Positions 26,501 through 39,301 of a stretch of 64,000 nucleotides of DNA are shown one piece after another. The DNA lies in the NCBI GenBank assembly GCA_964016885.1, contig OZ024743.1, positions 42,222,001-42,286,000 of the forward strand. Direction: 5' to 3'. This DNA comes from Eledone cirrhosa. Taxonomy: Eukaryota. The notes under the pieces are model-generated. The model ran no database searches and was not told the DNA's origin. It saw nothing but the letters and a program-made list of their open reading frames with translations. The first letter of the stretch is position 1, and each line of letters starts with the position of its first letter. The position numbers and the translations under genes were made by a program.

Positions 26501-29421
26501 CGGTCCCTGTAAGCCTTACGTGCCAGAAATGACATGTTCAGCTTCCAGTAACCCGGTCCTAACCTACGCGTTTTATCTAGGTCGACCGTACAGATCACAA
26601 ATTTGTGATCTGAATAGGCGACCGTTTTAAAAAGTGGGCAGCCCACACTATTTCTATCTATTTTCCTAATGAAGATGTTGTCTATATACAATCTAGATGA
26701 CCCGATTCGGTTGGTCCATGTCCATACTGGCACATTGGGGAAATCTAGTCGATACCTGTCTGACAGTTGGAACTGGCTGAGTAGGTGCTTGAGGCTTTTG
26801 CACCCACCGCTCCTATCGGCTACTCCCACACAATCCCAACGTACGTCTAAGATGCCATTCCAGTCCCCCGCTAACAGTAAAAGGGCGAGACGTACCCAGA
26901 AAGTTCTCCAGGCGCCTAAAGAAGTCCGGTCGTCCGGCCCCTGTAGGGGCGTAGACGGCCAGCAGCTTAAAGGCACCACCTTCGCTACTGCTCACATCCA
27001 AGACCACCAACTTACCGTCCGGGACCCGCAAGATCGACCTTACCTCGAGATCCAGTCCTTTCCTAAACAGCACTGCCACACCACCCCCATTCCCGGTCTG
27101 CTAACAGATAGTCGTCGAAAATGGAGGCTAGTGCACACGTATCGGAAATTCTGGTCTCGCTGACGGCAATCACATCCATTTCCAGCGACCTGAGGTCTTT
27201 AAGCAGGCGACCCTGCTTCCAGGTGACCCCAGGCCGCGAACATTTAAACTTCCTACTTTTAATATGGCCATATTGGTACGCTAAGAGAGAGAGGGAAGGT
27301 TTACTTACCTTCCGGGGTCTTGTGAAGGTCGGGTGGTTCGACCTCCATGGTTGGAGGGGTTTCTTTTGGGAACCCCTTTAAAAGTCTTGATGTGGGTTTC
27401 ACATTCGGGGTTCCCACGTCTTGAGGAAAGCTCTCTCGAATTTCTTTGAAGGAATTGAGTGACATTCGGACCAGAAGCAAATCTTCTGGCACGCAAGATG
27501 TGCTCATTTCAAAAATCTCCCCCTCTGTTTGAATGTCCTCGCTTCGTGCTAAGAAGGCTTTCAGTTTATCGTTGGCCCTTCTGACAAGCACGAGGTTTTT
27601 AACATTTTGTTGGTGCCGTTTTATTTGTTTTCGTTTTGGTGACTGTGGTGGTGATCGTTTTGGTGGTGTTGTTTCGGGTATGTCTGTGTTTGTTGTAGTT
27701 GTGGTGTCTGCAATTTCAGGTATTTGTGTGTTTATTTGTACTTGTGTTTGTTCAGGTTGTTTGCGTTTCGGGGATTGTGGAGATGGTGTCGTGTTGCTGT
27801 TGGTGATAAATGTTATTGGGGAAGTGTTTGCGTTAGTGGTGTCTGTATTTTTTCTTGTGTATGTGTTTGTGTTTTGTTGGGGCTTTTTTTTTTTGTGAGT
27901 TTTCTCTGTTTCTTTGCACTTTTGGGTTTTCCTTCATCTTCGTTGCTGGAAGACAAAGGGTCTGTGGCTGTGAGTGTCCCTGTGTCTGTGTGTGCGTTTA
28001 TTATTTTGTCTATGTGTATAATTGGGGGGTAGGGGGAGTGGGAGAGCTTTCCTCGTTTTCTCCTTGAATTGGTTTTGGTGTTGGTGATGATCCGGTTTTA
28101 TTGATGTTGGTGTCCGTGTTTTTGTGTTGTTTTTGGTGGTGGTGGTGGTGCAGCTTTCCGTGCTGACACTGGTGTTGGCAACAAAGGAGGTTTGCGATAC
28201 CTTGCATTTTTGCGCTGAGGGCAGAGGCTTGCAAATGCGTTGCTTCCCCGCAGACGAAGTAGCGTGGCCTTCTTCCGTCAATGATTAGTTGGATTGTTGT
28301 CCCGTCCTGCAGGCGGGCAAAATCCGGGATATTGTTCATGTCCTCCGGTTTCATTTGGAGAAGAATCTCCAAATCCATTCCGGACCAGTCCTCTCTCTCT
28401 GTCCTTTTGATATCCAGGAGGGTAGTGTCTGTCCCCTCCTCGATTACGCATCCCAGCAGCCACCATATGTTCAGTCCTGGTGGGATGCTGGGAATGCGTA
28501 CCTTTACTGTCCTTTTACCCATGTAGGACGGATGCATGATAATGCGTTCCGTTCTGCAGGGGGTCACCGAGTGCTTAATAGCGAGGGCCTCGGTTTTGAA
28601 CAGTACCGAGATGGTACCGAACTGTTTGCCTCTTGTTTTGTACTCTATGTTACTTCCGATGTACTCCAAAGCAGCCTCGACCTCTGCTTGGCTGGCAAGT
28701 TCCACTTTTCGTGTCTGCACCTAAATACATCGAAAGTACACCGTCCTCCTTTGCATGGCCGCTATTGCCTCGTCCGGGATGGTCAGGTTTGCCCAGGACT
28801 TCTCCCGTTTAATTAGGCTCCACGCTTTGGCCAATTGTACGTCTTTATCCCTAATATCAATATCAATATTCAATAAGCGCTTTGTTTATGCTGCTGCAGC
28901 AATTGTGGTGTTTCTGATGCTCTTATTGTTGGTGTTGTCATTCTTGGTATTGGTGTTGTTGTTGTTTTATTTGTTGATTCTGTTGCCACCGCCATCCGTG
29001 TTTACATTGAAGCTGTAGTTGTTATTGTCGTTATTGCTCTGAGTTGTTGCTATTGGTGATGTCGTTTTCAGATGATACTGCTGCTATCACAGAAGGTTGA
29101 GTTTTGCCTTCACATTCAGTAGAGTGGATGACGGGCATGACTGTAGCCGTCGTAGTCGCGGTGAAATATATAGTGGCTGCCTTTAAAATTTTGACCTGAA
29201 CGTTGTTTACCGTTTTAAAGGTCGAAAATTTCCATAATTTTTTTGGGGGTGGGGAAGCGATTTTTTTCGAAATTTTTAAAAATAAATCTGAATATTCGGG
29301 CTTAAAGCCCGAATATTGAGAGGTATCCCTCTCTTTAAATCAAGATGTGTACCTTAAGTTTCGTTAACGACAAGAAAATACAAAAAATGACAGTTTGTAC
29401 TGTCTTCACACATGTGCGGCC
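23578..29421 (-). mobile_element. Tx1-C: full-length, older, divergent Tx1 subfamily copy
   Basis: Fragmented ORF2 (about 23853-27271: GDWN, SDH, KAFDRV, YADD, CPRC) and ORF1 (about 27301-29150); bounded by (AAT)n on both sides. Confidence 0.9.
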
Positions 29422-29444
29422 ATAATAATAATAATAATAATAAT

Positions 29445-29544
29445 TGTTTCTACTTTTAGCACAAGGCCAGCAATTACCCAATGCAATACTGGTACTTTAT
29501 TCTATCGACCCCGGAAGGATGAAAGGCAAAGTTAACCTCGGCGA
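29445..29544 (-). mobile_element. 5'-truncated SINE of the 4418/4605 family
   Basis: - strand CGCCGAGGTTAACTTTGCCTTTCATCC...GTAGAAACA then (ATT)n. Confidence 0.85.
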
Positions 29545-29545
29545 T

Positions 29546-32500
29546 GCTTTCTTTATTAACCACAAGGGTTTACACAAAGTATACATTAAGAACAGTACAG
29601 GACAATACAGGACGGTACAAAAGGGCATTTCTGCGTGTAAAAAAAAAACAAGAAACAGAGGATGTAATAATAGAACAATGAAAAAAATTCCCCAATAGGG
29701 GGAGACTTTCGAGGGACATTCGTGGAGAAAGCCCATTAAAAAACCACAGTGAACCTGACCACCACGGCAAGTGCCCTCTCCCAGTTTTCCACCTTAAATT
29801 TACAGACACATACTCAGAGTAGGCCCATTCACTCGGGCCATTCTTGCCTCTCTCCCCATCTTTCAACAAAATGCTGGGAAGTGAGCATTTCCCTCTCTAC
29901 CCTGATTTTCCTTTTCAAATGAAATTTGAAAAAGTTAATCAGGGCATCACCGAAGAGGTAAGTGCTCGTCTCCAGCCCTTTCAAACGTGTCCACCATACT
30001 ATCTCTTTCGCCATGGCCACCAGACAGATAAAAACTGCCTGCCCTTCCCGGCTAAAGGAAGAGGGCGGGCAATCCTCACGATGGACTCAGCTGATAGCTG
30101 AATCCGTCCTACACGTGACAGCAGGTGTTCGACATAAACCCACAAGTCAGCAATGATCGGACACTGGACGAGTGCGTGCAGGACGGTTTCTTCGCCCTGC
30201 GCGCATCTCGGACATACCCGGCTGACGGCACCTCCATGCCTGTAGAGTTTATCCCGAACTGGCAAAGCTCCTCGGTAGCACTGCCAGGCCAGGGATTTCT
30301 GGAAGTTGTCCATAGGCCCCGGCCCGAGGTTCTTCCGGAGAGATTGGCTAGTTGATTTTCGTCGAGGTCTAGAATTTCCCCAAGTACGTCGTCGCACTTC
30401 CCCTCCACTAATCCTCTATAGAACGCCACGGTGGAGTTTCCACCGATCACATTGCCCGATTGGTCGAGGGTTGTGAGCGCCTGAAGACATTCCAGTCTCC
30501 AAAAGCTCCCTCTCGGTCTTCGCATGACCCAGGACTGCAGCTCCGTCAAGGAGACGAGCTGGGGAAAGACGCGTCTAGCAAACGGCGACCACACCTCATC
30601 ACCGTCGAGGAAGAGGTGGAGATGTCGTAGCCTGAGCACGTGTCTGCGCATCATCAGCCACGGCATCCCTAGCCCTCCACGTAGCTGGTGTTGACAGCAG
30701 ATGGACCGCCTGACCATCGGAGCGCGTCCCTTCCACAAAAAGCGAAAGAGCAAACGCCCCAGCGCAGTCAGGCGGGGCTTAGGACAAGGTACGTCGGTCA
30801 GGCGGTAGCAGATGACAGACGCGATATACGCGTTAGCCACCTCCGCTCGACCTTTCAGGGATAGCTTCCCACTCCGCCCATTTCTGGGTGACAGAAGCCA
30901 CCCTGCTCGTCACCTCGTCCCAGTTTTTGTCCGTCTGGAGATCCGAACCGAACCAGGCCCCGAGCAATTTAACCGGTCCGTCCGTCCAGCGCCCGACGAC
31001 GTTGTTGGACGGCATGGACCTGCCTCTCCAGGTGCCGAGCTGCAGGCCCACTGACTTTTCCTGGTTGATCATTGCTCCTGTCACCGCTTCGTATTCTCTT
31101 AGTGTAGTGCCGATCGCCTCGATGTGTTTGGCGTTCGACACCACTACGGTGACATCGTCCGCATATGCTGACACGGATCTTCCGCATCCTAGTTCGCGCG
31201 GGACTCCCCTCAACGTCTCCAGTTTGTGCAGTAATGGCTCGAGAGTCAATACGTACAAGAGGGACGAGAGGGGACATCCTTGGCGGACCGAGCGCATGAT
31301 GTTGAACGGTTCCGACAGGTGACCGTTCACTCTCACCACAGAGCAGATGTCGCTGTGCATGGCAGCGATCCAGCCTCTGAAGACGGGCCCAAAGCCAGCC
31401 GCCCTCAGGACTGCCGCTAGGTAACGATGGTCGACCCTATCGAAAGCTTTCGACTGATCTAAATTGATCAAGGACTCACCCGTGCCAGGTTCCCTAGCTA
31501 CCCTCTCTACGATGTATCGCATGAGGTGGAGGTTGTCGTGGATGGATCTGTCGGGAATGGCGCATGTCTGCGCCTCTCCCACCAGACCACCAACGACAAG
31601 CGCCAACCTCTTTGCTAGCACCTTGGCCAAAATCTTAAACTCTGTGTTTAGCAGAGTTATGGGCCGGAAATTGTCTATGTTATCCCCCTTGTTCGGATCC
31701 TTCCTCAGCAGTGCCACCGCTCCTCGGCTCACAGAACTGGGAATTCTCCCGTTCTGTTGCCAGTTGCAGTAGACGTCCGCCAAGAGGCCTCCGAACAAGT
31801 CTGGCATCTGTACGTAAAGTTCATAGGGCAGACCATCCAAACCAGGCGATTTACCCCTTGTGCAGCCAGTCATTGCCTCCCGTACTTCAGCGGCTGTTAT
31901 CGGCTTTTCGCAACACTTCGCCTCAGTGGCCGAGAGCCGCGGCAGTCCGTCGAGGTAGACACTAAAGTCCATCCCTCTACCCGGCCCCCCGCTGCCCCCG
32001 AACAGCTGAGCGAAGTGTCGCTGAAAAGCTTCACACATTTGCCCGGGATCGAGTAGCATGCGCCCGTCGTGGTCCACCAAAGACCGGATCGTGGCTTTGT
32101 TGCCACGACGCGCCTCCGCCACTCGGGCCCATTGAACGGCTTTCGTCCCCTCGTGTCTGAGAGCACGCACCCTAGCTCTGACAACGCAGCCTTCGTGCTT
32201 TGCATTGAAGAATTGGTCAAGGGCCAATTTCGCCGCAAGCACGTCGGTCGCAATGCCTTTGCTAAGCGCCTCGTCTAATTTTCTAACTAGTTCTCCCTCT
32301 GCTCTATTTTTCTCTATTGCTAAAGCCTTACTAAACCTAATCGATTCTATTCTAATCGCTCTTTTCAGAGCAAACCACCACTTGTTGTTGACGATGGCCC
32401 CCGTCAACGCCCGCTTAACTAGTTCGCTAATCCGGTCTCTGTAGGCCTTGCGCGCTGGTAAGGACGCGTTTAGCTTCCAGTAGCCGGGTCCTCGTCTATG

Positions 32501-35500
32501 AAGCCTATCTAAGTCAAGCACACAGGTCACGAATTTGTGGTCCGTGTAGCTGACTATCTTGAATTGTGGACAGCCTATGCTAGACCTATCTATTTCCCTA
32601 CAAAATACTCTATCTAGATATGATCTGGATGACCCTATGCGGTTTGTCCAAGTCCACATTGGCACATTCGGGAAATCCAATCGGTACCTGTCAGACAGTT
32701 CAAAACGCCTGAGCAGGTTGGTGAGGCTCTTGCACCCTCCACCCCTATCCGCTAATCCCACACAGTCCCAGCGTGCATCTAAGATCCCGTTCCAGTCGCC
32801 CACTAACACTAAAGAGCGGGACGTTCCAAGAAAGGTCTCCAGACGCCGGAAGAAATCAGGCCGCCCTGCTCCTGTCGGGGCATAGACGGCCACTAGCCTG
32901 AAAGCTTGCCCGTCTCCGCTGGTCACGTCCAGCACCACCAGCTTACCCTCTGGGTCCAGGAAGATGGCCCGTATGGCGAGATCCAAACCTCTCCGAAAAA
33001 GCACAGCAACTCCTCCACCCGATCCAGGACGGCTGGGAGATGCGTACACATCGTAGCCGCCGAAGATCGGTGCGAAGGCCCGTGCTTCGGAGATTCTGGT
33101 CTCGCTGATGGCCACTACATCTATGTTTAGTGACCTGAGGTCGTTGAGCAGGTGACCCTGCTTCCATGACGACCCCAAGCCACGCGCATTTATGCTGCCT
33201 ATTCTGAGTGAGGTCATGTTTAAAATAGAGTGGGAAAGATGGGAAAGACCACTTACCGTACTTTTGGTAGAGGAGGGATGGTTTTTACATCCCTTTTCAC
33301 TTGATCGTCTGGTGAAGGGACCGTTGAATCGTCCCTTCGGCTGGTCGTCGGCTCTTCTAAGAGAATGTCTGAGTATACTCTTCGATTGATGGTTCCTCCT
33401 AGGTCCCTGAAATCACCAACTGCGTTGGGGAATTTCGTTTTAATGTTTGTGTATTGTTTCTGTGCTATTTTTAGCAGTCTTATGTTAGTTGGCGTTTTGA
33501 TTGGTGCTGGTATTATGTAGTCCTGTTGTGAAATGTCTGTGTGTTCAATTATGTAAGTCATTAGTTTCTTGTTGTGTGTATTTATTGCCGTGCATTTGTT
33601 TTTCTGGGGGTGGGGTGTGGTTCTACTATTTTCTTGTCGTTGTTGCTGGGTGTGTGTGTTTTGTTGTTGTGTTTGCGATGTTGGTGCTTGTGGTGGTGGT
33701 GTTAAAGGTGTTGTTGGCGGTGGTGATGGTGGTGCTAGTGTGGGTGGTGATGGTGTTGGTGTTGTTGCTGCTGTGGGTCTCTTTGCAGTAGACTTTACCC
33801 TTTTCTCATTTCTTTCCTCCCTTTTCAAAGGCGACGATGCGCTGCTTCTGCGTTTGTGCCTTCTTACGACCTTTTGCCATCTCTCTCCCACCTCACACTC
33901 CATGTCTGATTCTGTGAGGTCGGGGAGGGGTACCAGCTCCACTCTTTCACTTGTTGTTGTTGGTGATGTTTGCACTGGAGTCTCTGTTGCAGCTGCATTT
34001 GGTATTGCTGTTGTTGTTGTTAATATTTCCACTGCTGCTGCTGTTTTTGATTTCCGTGGAGTGGGTATGGGTGCCACGGACCTATCGTTCCTGGTTGCCG
34101 CTTGTCCTGTTGCTGGTAGCCGTGGAGCCGGATTCGGAAGGAGGGGGGTTTTCTCCTTTCTCAGGGTCTTCTCGTTGCAGAAGGCCCTGAGGTGAGTCTT
34201 CGATCCACAGCGAAAGCATTTCGGGCGTTTGCCCTCAACACTTATGGGCAGTTGAGTGCCGTTATCGAAGTCTATCACATCCGGGATAGCTTCGATGCAC
34301 TCCTGGTTGGTTTGGATTAGCATCTCAATGGAGGAGCCGACCCAATCTTCTCTTACTTTTTTCTGTACTTGCAGTACAGTTGTTTTGTCCTCGATTCCGA
34401 CGAGGACAGACGCGGCCAGCCAAGAAGGGGTCATTCCGGGGGGGACGTGGGTTAGTTTGACCCTCACAATTTTTTGCCCACAGTAGGAGGGCACCAACAC
34501 CATTTCCTCGCTCCTTAGGGTCACTACTGATTGGGCCTTTGCCTCCTGGGGTGTGGCAAAAAGTACGTCTACGGTGGCATATTTTTTTGCCTCGGGTGAT
34601 GTGCGTTTTCCGCTGCCACACAGACCCCAAGGCTTTTTGTATTTGGGCCTCTGTGGCTCTTTCCACCCTACGGGATTTTGTACTTACTGTACGGTACGTG
34701 ACCGTACAGTGCTCTTGGGTTTCGAAAAACTTTTCCGCTGCCTTGCAGATTGCTCGGTGTCCGTTCTTTGTAACCATCTTCTTCGCTTCCTCTAATTCCT
34801 CATTTGTTATGAGGATTGTTTCCAAGTTTTTCGCAATACCTGCAAATGAGATTGGTTTTTCTCTGCTGTTGTTGTTGTCGTCAGAGCTGCTGGTACTTTT
34901 GTTGTTGCTGCAGGTACTACGACTACTGCCTCCGCCGCTGTTGCTGTGGTTGTTGTTGGTGTTGCTGCTGCTAATGCTGTTGTTGTTTATGCTGCTGGTG
35001 ATGCTGTTGCGGCTGCTACTGTTGTTTTCATTGTCACTGTTGCTGTTGTTATTACGGCTGCTACTGCTATTATTCCTGACGTCAGACGAATGAACTGGGT
35101 TTTCGTATTTCCCGCACACCTGTTTCGTCGCTGTCGTCGTCGTCGTGGAGAAACCTTGCACGCTTTGCACGAGACTTTTCTTTTCTTTCGTCGCTTGCGA
35201 AAGAGAAGGGAGGGAGAGAGACACATTTAAAGAAGGGAGGGAGAGAGACAATCTTCTCTCTGCTGTAGTGATGATTGAGGAAGAAGAAGACGGAATGAGT
35301 GGGAGTGACGTATGAAATTTCTTTTTCGTAGCCATGTTTTTTTGTTTAAAATGAAATTTTGGGTACAAAACCCCAATAACTGGTTATTTAACCCCGAAGG
35401 GCCAAATAACGGACAGAAAGACCCCTCTCACGAGGAGGAGGGTGTCTTTATCAACAATTTGGTTCAAGTTTTAAACAATTTACAATTGTTTTAACGGTTA

Positions 35501-35548
35501 AAAATTACTATACCTTACAGAGCCGAGCCTCCGTCAACCATGGCATTC
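29546..35548 (-). mobile_element. Tx1-D: full-length copy, mosaic (decayed 3' part, young 5' part)
   Basis: ORF2 29800-33217 frameshifted near 30870 and further 3'; ORF1 33253-35335 frameshifted at T7 run 34582-34588. Confidence 0.92.
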
Positions 35549-35586
<38 letters not shown>

Positions 35587-35847
35587 TTTCTTTATTAACC
35601 ACAAGGGTTTACATAAAGTAGACATTAAGGACAGTGCAGGACAATGCAGGACGGTACAAATGGGCATTTCTGCGTGTAAAAAAACAAAAACAGAGGATGT
35701 AACAAAAATAACAATGAAAATAACAATGAAAAATTCCCCAATAGGGGGGGAGACTTCGGAGGGATATTTGTGGAGAAAGCGCAGTAAAAAGCCACAATGA
35801 CCCTGACCACCAAGGCAAGTGCCCTCTCCCAGTTTTCCACCTTTAGT

Positions 35848-38800
35848 TTACAGATATATACTCAGAGTCGGCCCATTCACTCGGGCCATTCTTGCTTCTC
35901 TCACCCATCTTTCAACAAAATGCTGGGAAGAGAGCACTTCCTTCTCTACTCTGATTTTCCTTTTCAAATGAAATTTGAAAAAGTCAATCAGAGCATCACC
36001 GAAGAGGTAAGTGCTCGTCTTCAGCCCTTTCAAACGTGTCCACCATACTATCTCTTTCGCCATGGCCACCAGACAGATAAAAACTGCCTGCCCTTCCCGG
36101 CTAAAGGAGGAGGGCGGGGCAATCCTCACGATAGACTCAGATGATAGCTGGATCCGTCCTAAACGCGACAGCAGGTGTTCGACATAAACCCACAAGTCAG
36201 CAATTTTCGGACACTGGACGAGTGCGTGCAGGACGGTTTCGTCGCCCTGCGCGCATCTCGGACATGCCCGGCTGACGGCACCTCCATGCCTGTAGAGTTT
36301 ATCCCGAACTGGCAAGGCTCCTCGGTAGCACTGCCAGGCCAGAGATTTCTGGAAGTTGTCCATAGGCCCTGGCCCGAAAGTTCTTCCGAAGAGATTGGCT
36401 AGTTGATTTTCGTCGACGCCTAGAGTTTCCCCAAGTACGTCGTCGCTCTTCCCCTCCACTAATCCTCTATAGAACGCCGAGGTGGAGTTTCCACCGATCA
36501 CATTGCCCGATTGGTCGAGGGCTGTGAGCGCCTGAAGACATTCCAGTCTCCAGGCGCTCCCTCTCGGTCTTCGCTTGACCCAGGACTGCAGCTCCGTCAA
36601 GGAAACGAGCTGGGGAAAAACGCGTCTAGCAAACGGCGACCACACCTGATCACCGTCGAGGAAGAGGTGGAGATGTCGTAGCCTGAGCGCGTGCCTGCGC
36701 ATCATCAGCCACGGCATGCCCAGCCCTCCACGTAGCGGGTGTTGACAACAGATGGACCGCCTGACCATCGGAGCACGTCCCTTCCACAAAAAGCGAAAGA
36801 GCAAACGCTCCAGCGCAGTCAGGCGAGGCTTAGGACAAGGTACGACGGTTAGGCGGTAGCAGATGACAGACGCGATGTACGCGTTAGCCACCTCCGCTCG
36901 ACCTTTCATGGATAGCTTCCTCTCCGCCCATTTTTGGGTGAGAGAAGCCACCCTGCTCGTCACCTCGTCCCAGTTTTTGTCCGTCTGGAGGTCCGGACCG
37001 AACCAGACCCCTAGCAATTTAACCGGTCCGTCCGTCCAGCGCCCGACGACGCTGTTGGACGGCATGGACCTGCCTCTCCAGGTGCCGAGCTGCAGGCCCA
37101 CTGACTTTTCCTGGTTGATCATTGCTCCTGTCACCGCTTCGTATTCTCTTAGTGTAGTGCCGATCGCCTCGATGTGTTTGGCGTTCGACACCACTACGGT
37201 GACATCGTCCGCATATGCTGACACGGATCTTCCGCATCCTAGTTCGCGCGGGACTCCCCTCAACGTCTCCAGTTTGTGCAGTAATGGCTCGAGAGTCAAT
37301 ACGTACAAGAGGGACGAGAGGGGACATCCTTGGCGGACCGAGCGCATGATGTTGAACGGTTCCGACAGGTGACCGTTCACTCTCACTACAGAGCAGATGT
37401 CGCTGTGCATGGCAGCGATCCAGCCTCTGAAGACGGGCCCAAAGCCAGCCGCCCTCAGGACTGCCGCTAGGTAACGATGGTCGACCCTATCGAAAGCTTT
37501 CGACTGATCTAAATTGATCAAGGACCCACCCGTGCCAGGTTCCCTAGCTACCCTCTCTACGATGTATCGCATGAGGTGGAGGTTGTCGTGGATGGATCTG
37601 TCGGGAATGGCGCATGTCTGCGCCTCTCCCACCAGACCACCAACGACAAGCGCCAACCTCTTTGCTAGCACCTTGGCCAAAATCTTAAACTCTGTGTTTA
37701 GCAGAGTTATGGGCCGGAAATTGTCTATGTTATCCCCCTTGTTCGGATCCTTTCTCAGCAGTGCCACCGCTCCTCGGCTCACAGAACTGGGAATGCTCCC
37801 GTTCTGTTGCCAGTTGCAGTAGACGTCCGCCAAGAGGCCTCCGAACAAGTCTGGCATCTGTACGTAAAGTTCATAGGGCAGACCATCCAAACCAGGCGAT
37901 TTACCCCTTGTGCAGCCAGTCATTGCCTCCCGTACTTCAGCGGCTGTTATCGGCTTTTCGCAACACTTCGCCTCAGTGGCCGAGAGCCGCGGCAGTCCGT
38001 CGAGGTAGACACTAAAGTCCATCCCTCTACCCGGCCCCCCGCTGCCCCCGAACAGCTGAGCGAAGTGTCGCTGAAAAGCTTCACACATTTGCCCGGGATC
38101 GAGTAGCATGCGCCCGTCGTGGTCCACCAAAGACCGGATCGTGGCTTTGTTGCCACGACGCGCCTCCGCCACTCGGGCCCATTGAACGGCTTTCGTCCCC
38201 TCGTGTCTGAGAGCACGCACCCTAGCTCTGACAACGCAGCCTTCGTGCTTTGCATTGAAGAATTGGTCAAGGGCCAATTTCGCCGCAAGCACGTCGGTCG
38301 CAATGCCTTTGCTAAGCGCCTCGTCTAATTTTCTAACTAGTTCTCCCTCTGCTCTATTTTTCTCTATTGCTAAAGCCTTACTAAACCTAATCGATTCTAT
38401 TCTAATCGCTCTTTTCAGAGCAAACCACCACTTGTTGTTGACGATGGCCCCCGTCAACGCCCGCTTAACTAGTTCGCTAATCCGGTCTCTGTAGGCCTTG
38501 CGCGCTGGTAAGGACGCGTTTAGCTTCCAGTAGCCGGGTCCTCGTCTATGAAGCCTATCTAAGTCAAGCACACAGATCACGAATTTGTGGTCCGTGTAGC
38601 TGACTATCTTGAATTGTGGACAGCCTATGCTAGACCTATCTATTTCCCTACAAAATACTCTATCTAGATATGATCTGGATGACCCTATGCGGTTTGTCCA
38701 AGTCCACATTGGCACATTCGGGAAATCCAATCGGTACCTGTCAGACAGTTCAAAACGCCTGAGCAGGTTGGTGAGGCTCTTGCACCCTCCACCCCTATCC

Positions 38801-39267
38801 GCTAATCCCACACAGTCCCAGCGTGCATCTAAGATCCCGTTCCAGTCGCCCACTAACACTAAAGAGCGGGACGTTCCAAGAAAGGTCTCCAGACGCCGGA
38901 AGAAATCAGGCCGCCCTGCTCCTGTCGGGGCATAGACGGCCACTAGCCTGAAAGCTTGCCCGTCTCCGCTGGTCACGTCCAGCACCACCAGCTTACCCTC
39001 TGGGTCCAGGAAGATGGCCCGTATGGCGAGATCCAAACCTCTCCGAAAAAGCACAGCAACTCCTCCACCCGATCCAGGACGGCTGGGAGATGCGTACACA
39101 TCGTAGCCGCCGAAGATCGGTGCGAAGGCCCGTGCTTCGGAGATTCTGGTCTCGCTGATGGCCACTACATCTATGTTTAGTGACCTGAGGTCGTTGAGCA
39201 GGTGACCCTGCTTCCATGACGACCCCAAGCCACGCGCATTTATGCTGCCTATTCTGAGTGAGGTCAT
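35848..39267 (-). CDS. Intact Tx1-clade ORF2p, 1139 aa: APE endonuclease + reverse transcriptase + C-terminal CCHC
   Basis: GSINARGL, AISET, VYAP, GDWN, SYLDRVF, YTDH, GYWKLNAS; KSPGLDG, LDQSKAFDRV, RQGCPLS, YADD, GGLGMP; CPRCAQGDETVLHALVQC. Confidence 0.95.
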   Translation of the reverse strand: MTSLRIGSINARGLGSSWKQGHLLNDLRSLNIDVVAISETRISEARAFAPIFGGYDVYASPSRPGSGGGVAVLFRRGLDLAIRAIFLDPEGKLVVLDVTSGDGQAFRLVAVYAPTGAGRPDFFRRLETFLGTSRSLVLVGDWNGILDARWDCVGLADRGGGCKSLTNLLRRFELSDRYRLDFPNVPMWTWTNRIGSSRSYLDRVFCREIDRSSIGCPQFKIVSYTDHKFVICVLDLDRLHRRGPGYWKLNASLPARKAYRDRISELVKRALTGAIVNNKWWFALKRAIRIESIRFSKALAIEKNRAEGELVRKLDEALSKGIATDVLAAKLALDQFFNAKHEGCVVRARVRALRHEGTKAVQWARVAEARRGNKATIRSLVDHDGRMLLDPGQMCEAFQRHFAQLFGGSGGPGRGMDFSVYLDGLPRLSATEAKCCEKPITAAEVREAMTGCTRGKSPGLDGLPYELYVQMPDLFGGLLADVYCNWQQNGSIPSSVSRGAVALLRKDPNKGDNIDNFRPITLLNTEFKILAKVLAKRLALVVGGLVGEAQTCAIPDRSIHDNLHLMRYIVERVAREPGTGGSLINLDQSKAFDRVDHRYLAAVLRAAGFGPVFRGWIAAMHSDICSVVRVNGHLSEPFNIMRSVRQGCPLSSLLYVLTLEPLLHKLETLRGVPRELGCGRSVSAYADDVTVVVSNAKHIEAIGTTLREYEAVTGAMINQEKSVGLQLGTWRGRSMPSNSVVGRWTDGPVKLLGVWFGPDLQTDKNWDEVTSRVASLTQKWAERKLSMKGRAEVANAYIASVICYRLTVVPCPKPRLTALERLLFRFLWKGRAPMVRRSICCQHPLRGGLGMPWLMMRRHALRLRHLHLFLDGDQVWSPFARRVFPQLVSLTELQSWVKRRPRGSAWRLECLQALTALDQSGNVIGGNSTSAFYRGLVEGKSDDVLGETLGVDENQLANLFGRTFGPGPMDNFQKSLAWQCYRGALPVRDKLYRHGGAVSRACPRCAQGDETVLHALVQCPKIADLWVYVEHLLSRLGRIQLSSESIVRIAPPSSFSREGQAVFICLVAMAKEIVWWTRLKGLKTSTYLFGDALIDFFKFHLKRKIRVEKEVLSSQHFVERWVREARMARVNGPTLSIYL

Positions 39268-39301
39268 GTTTAAATAGAGTGGAAAAGATGGGAAAGACCA
39301 C

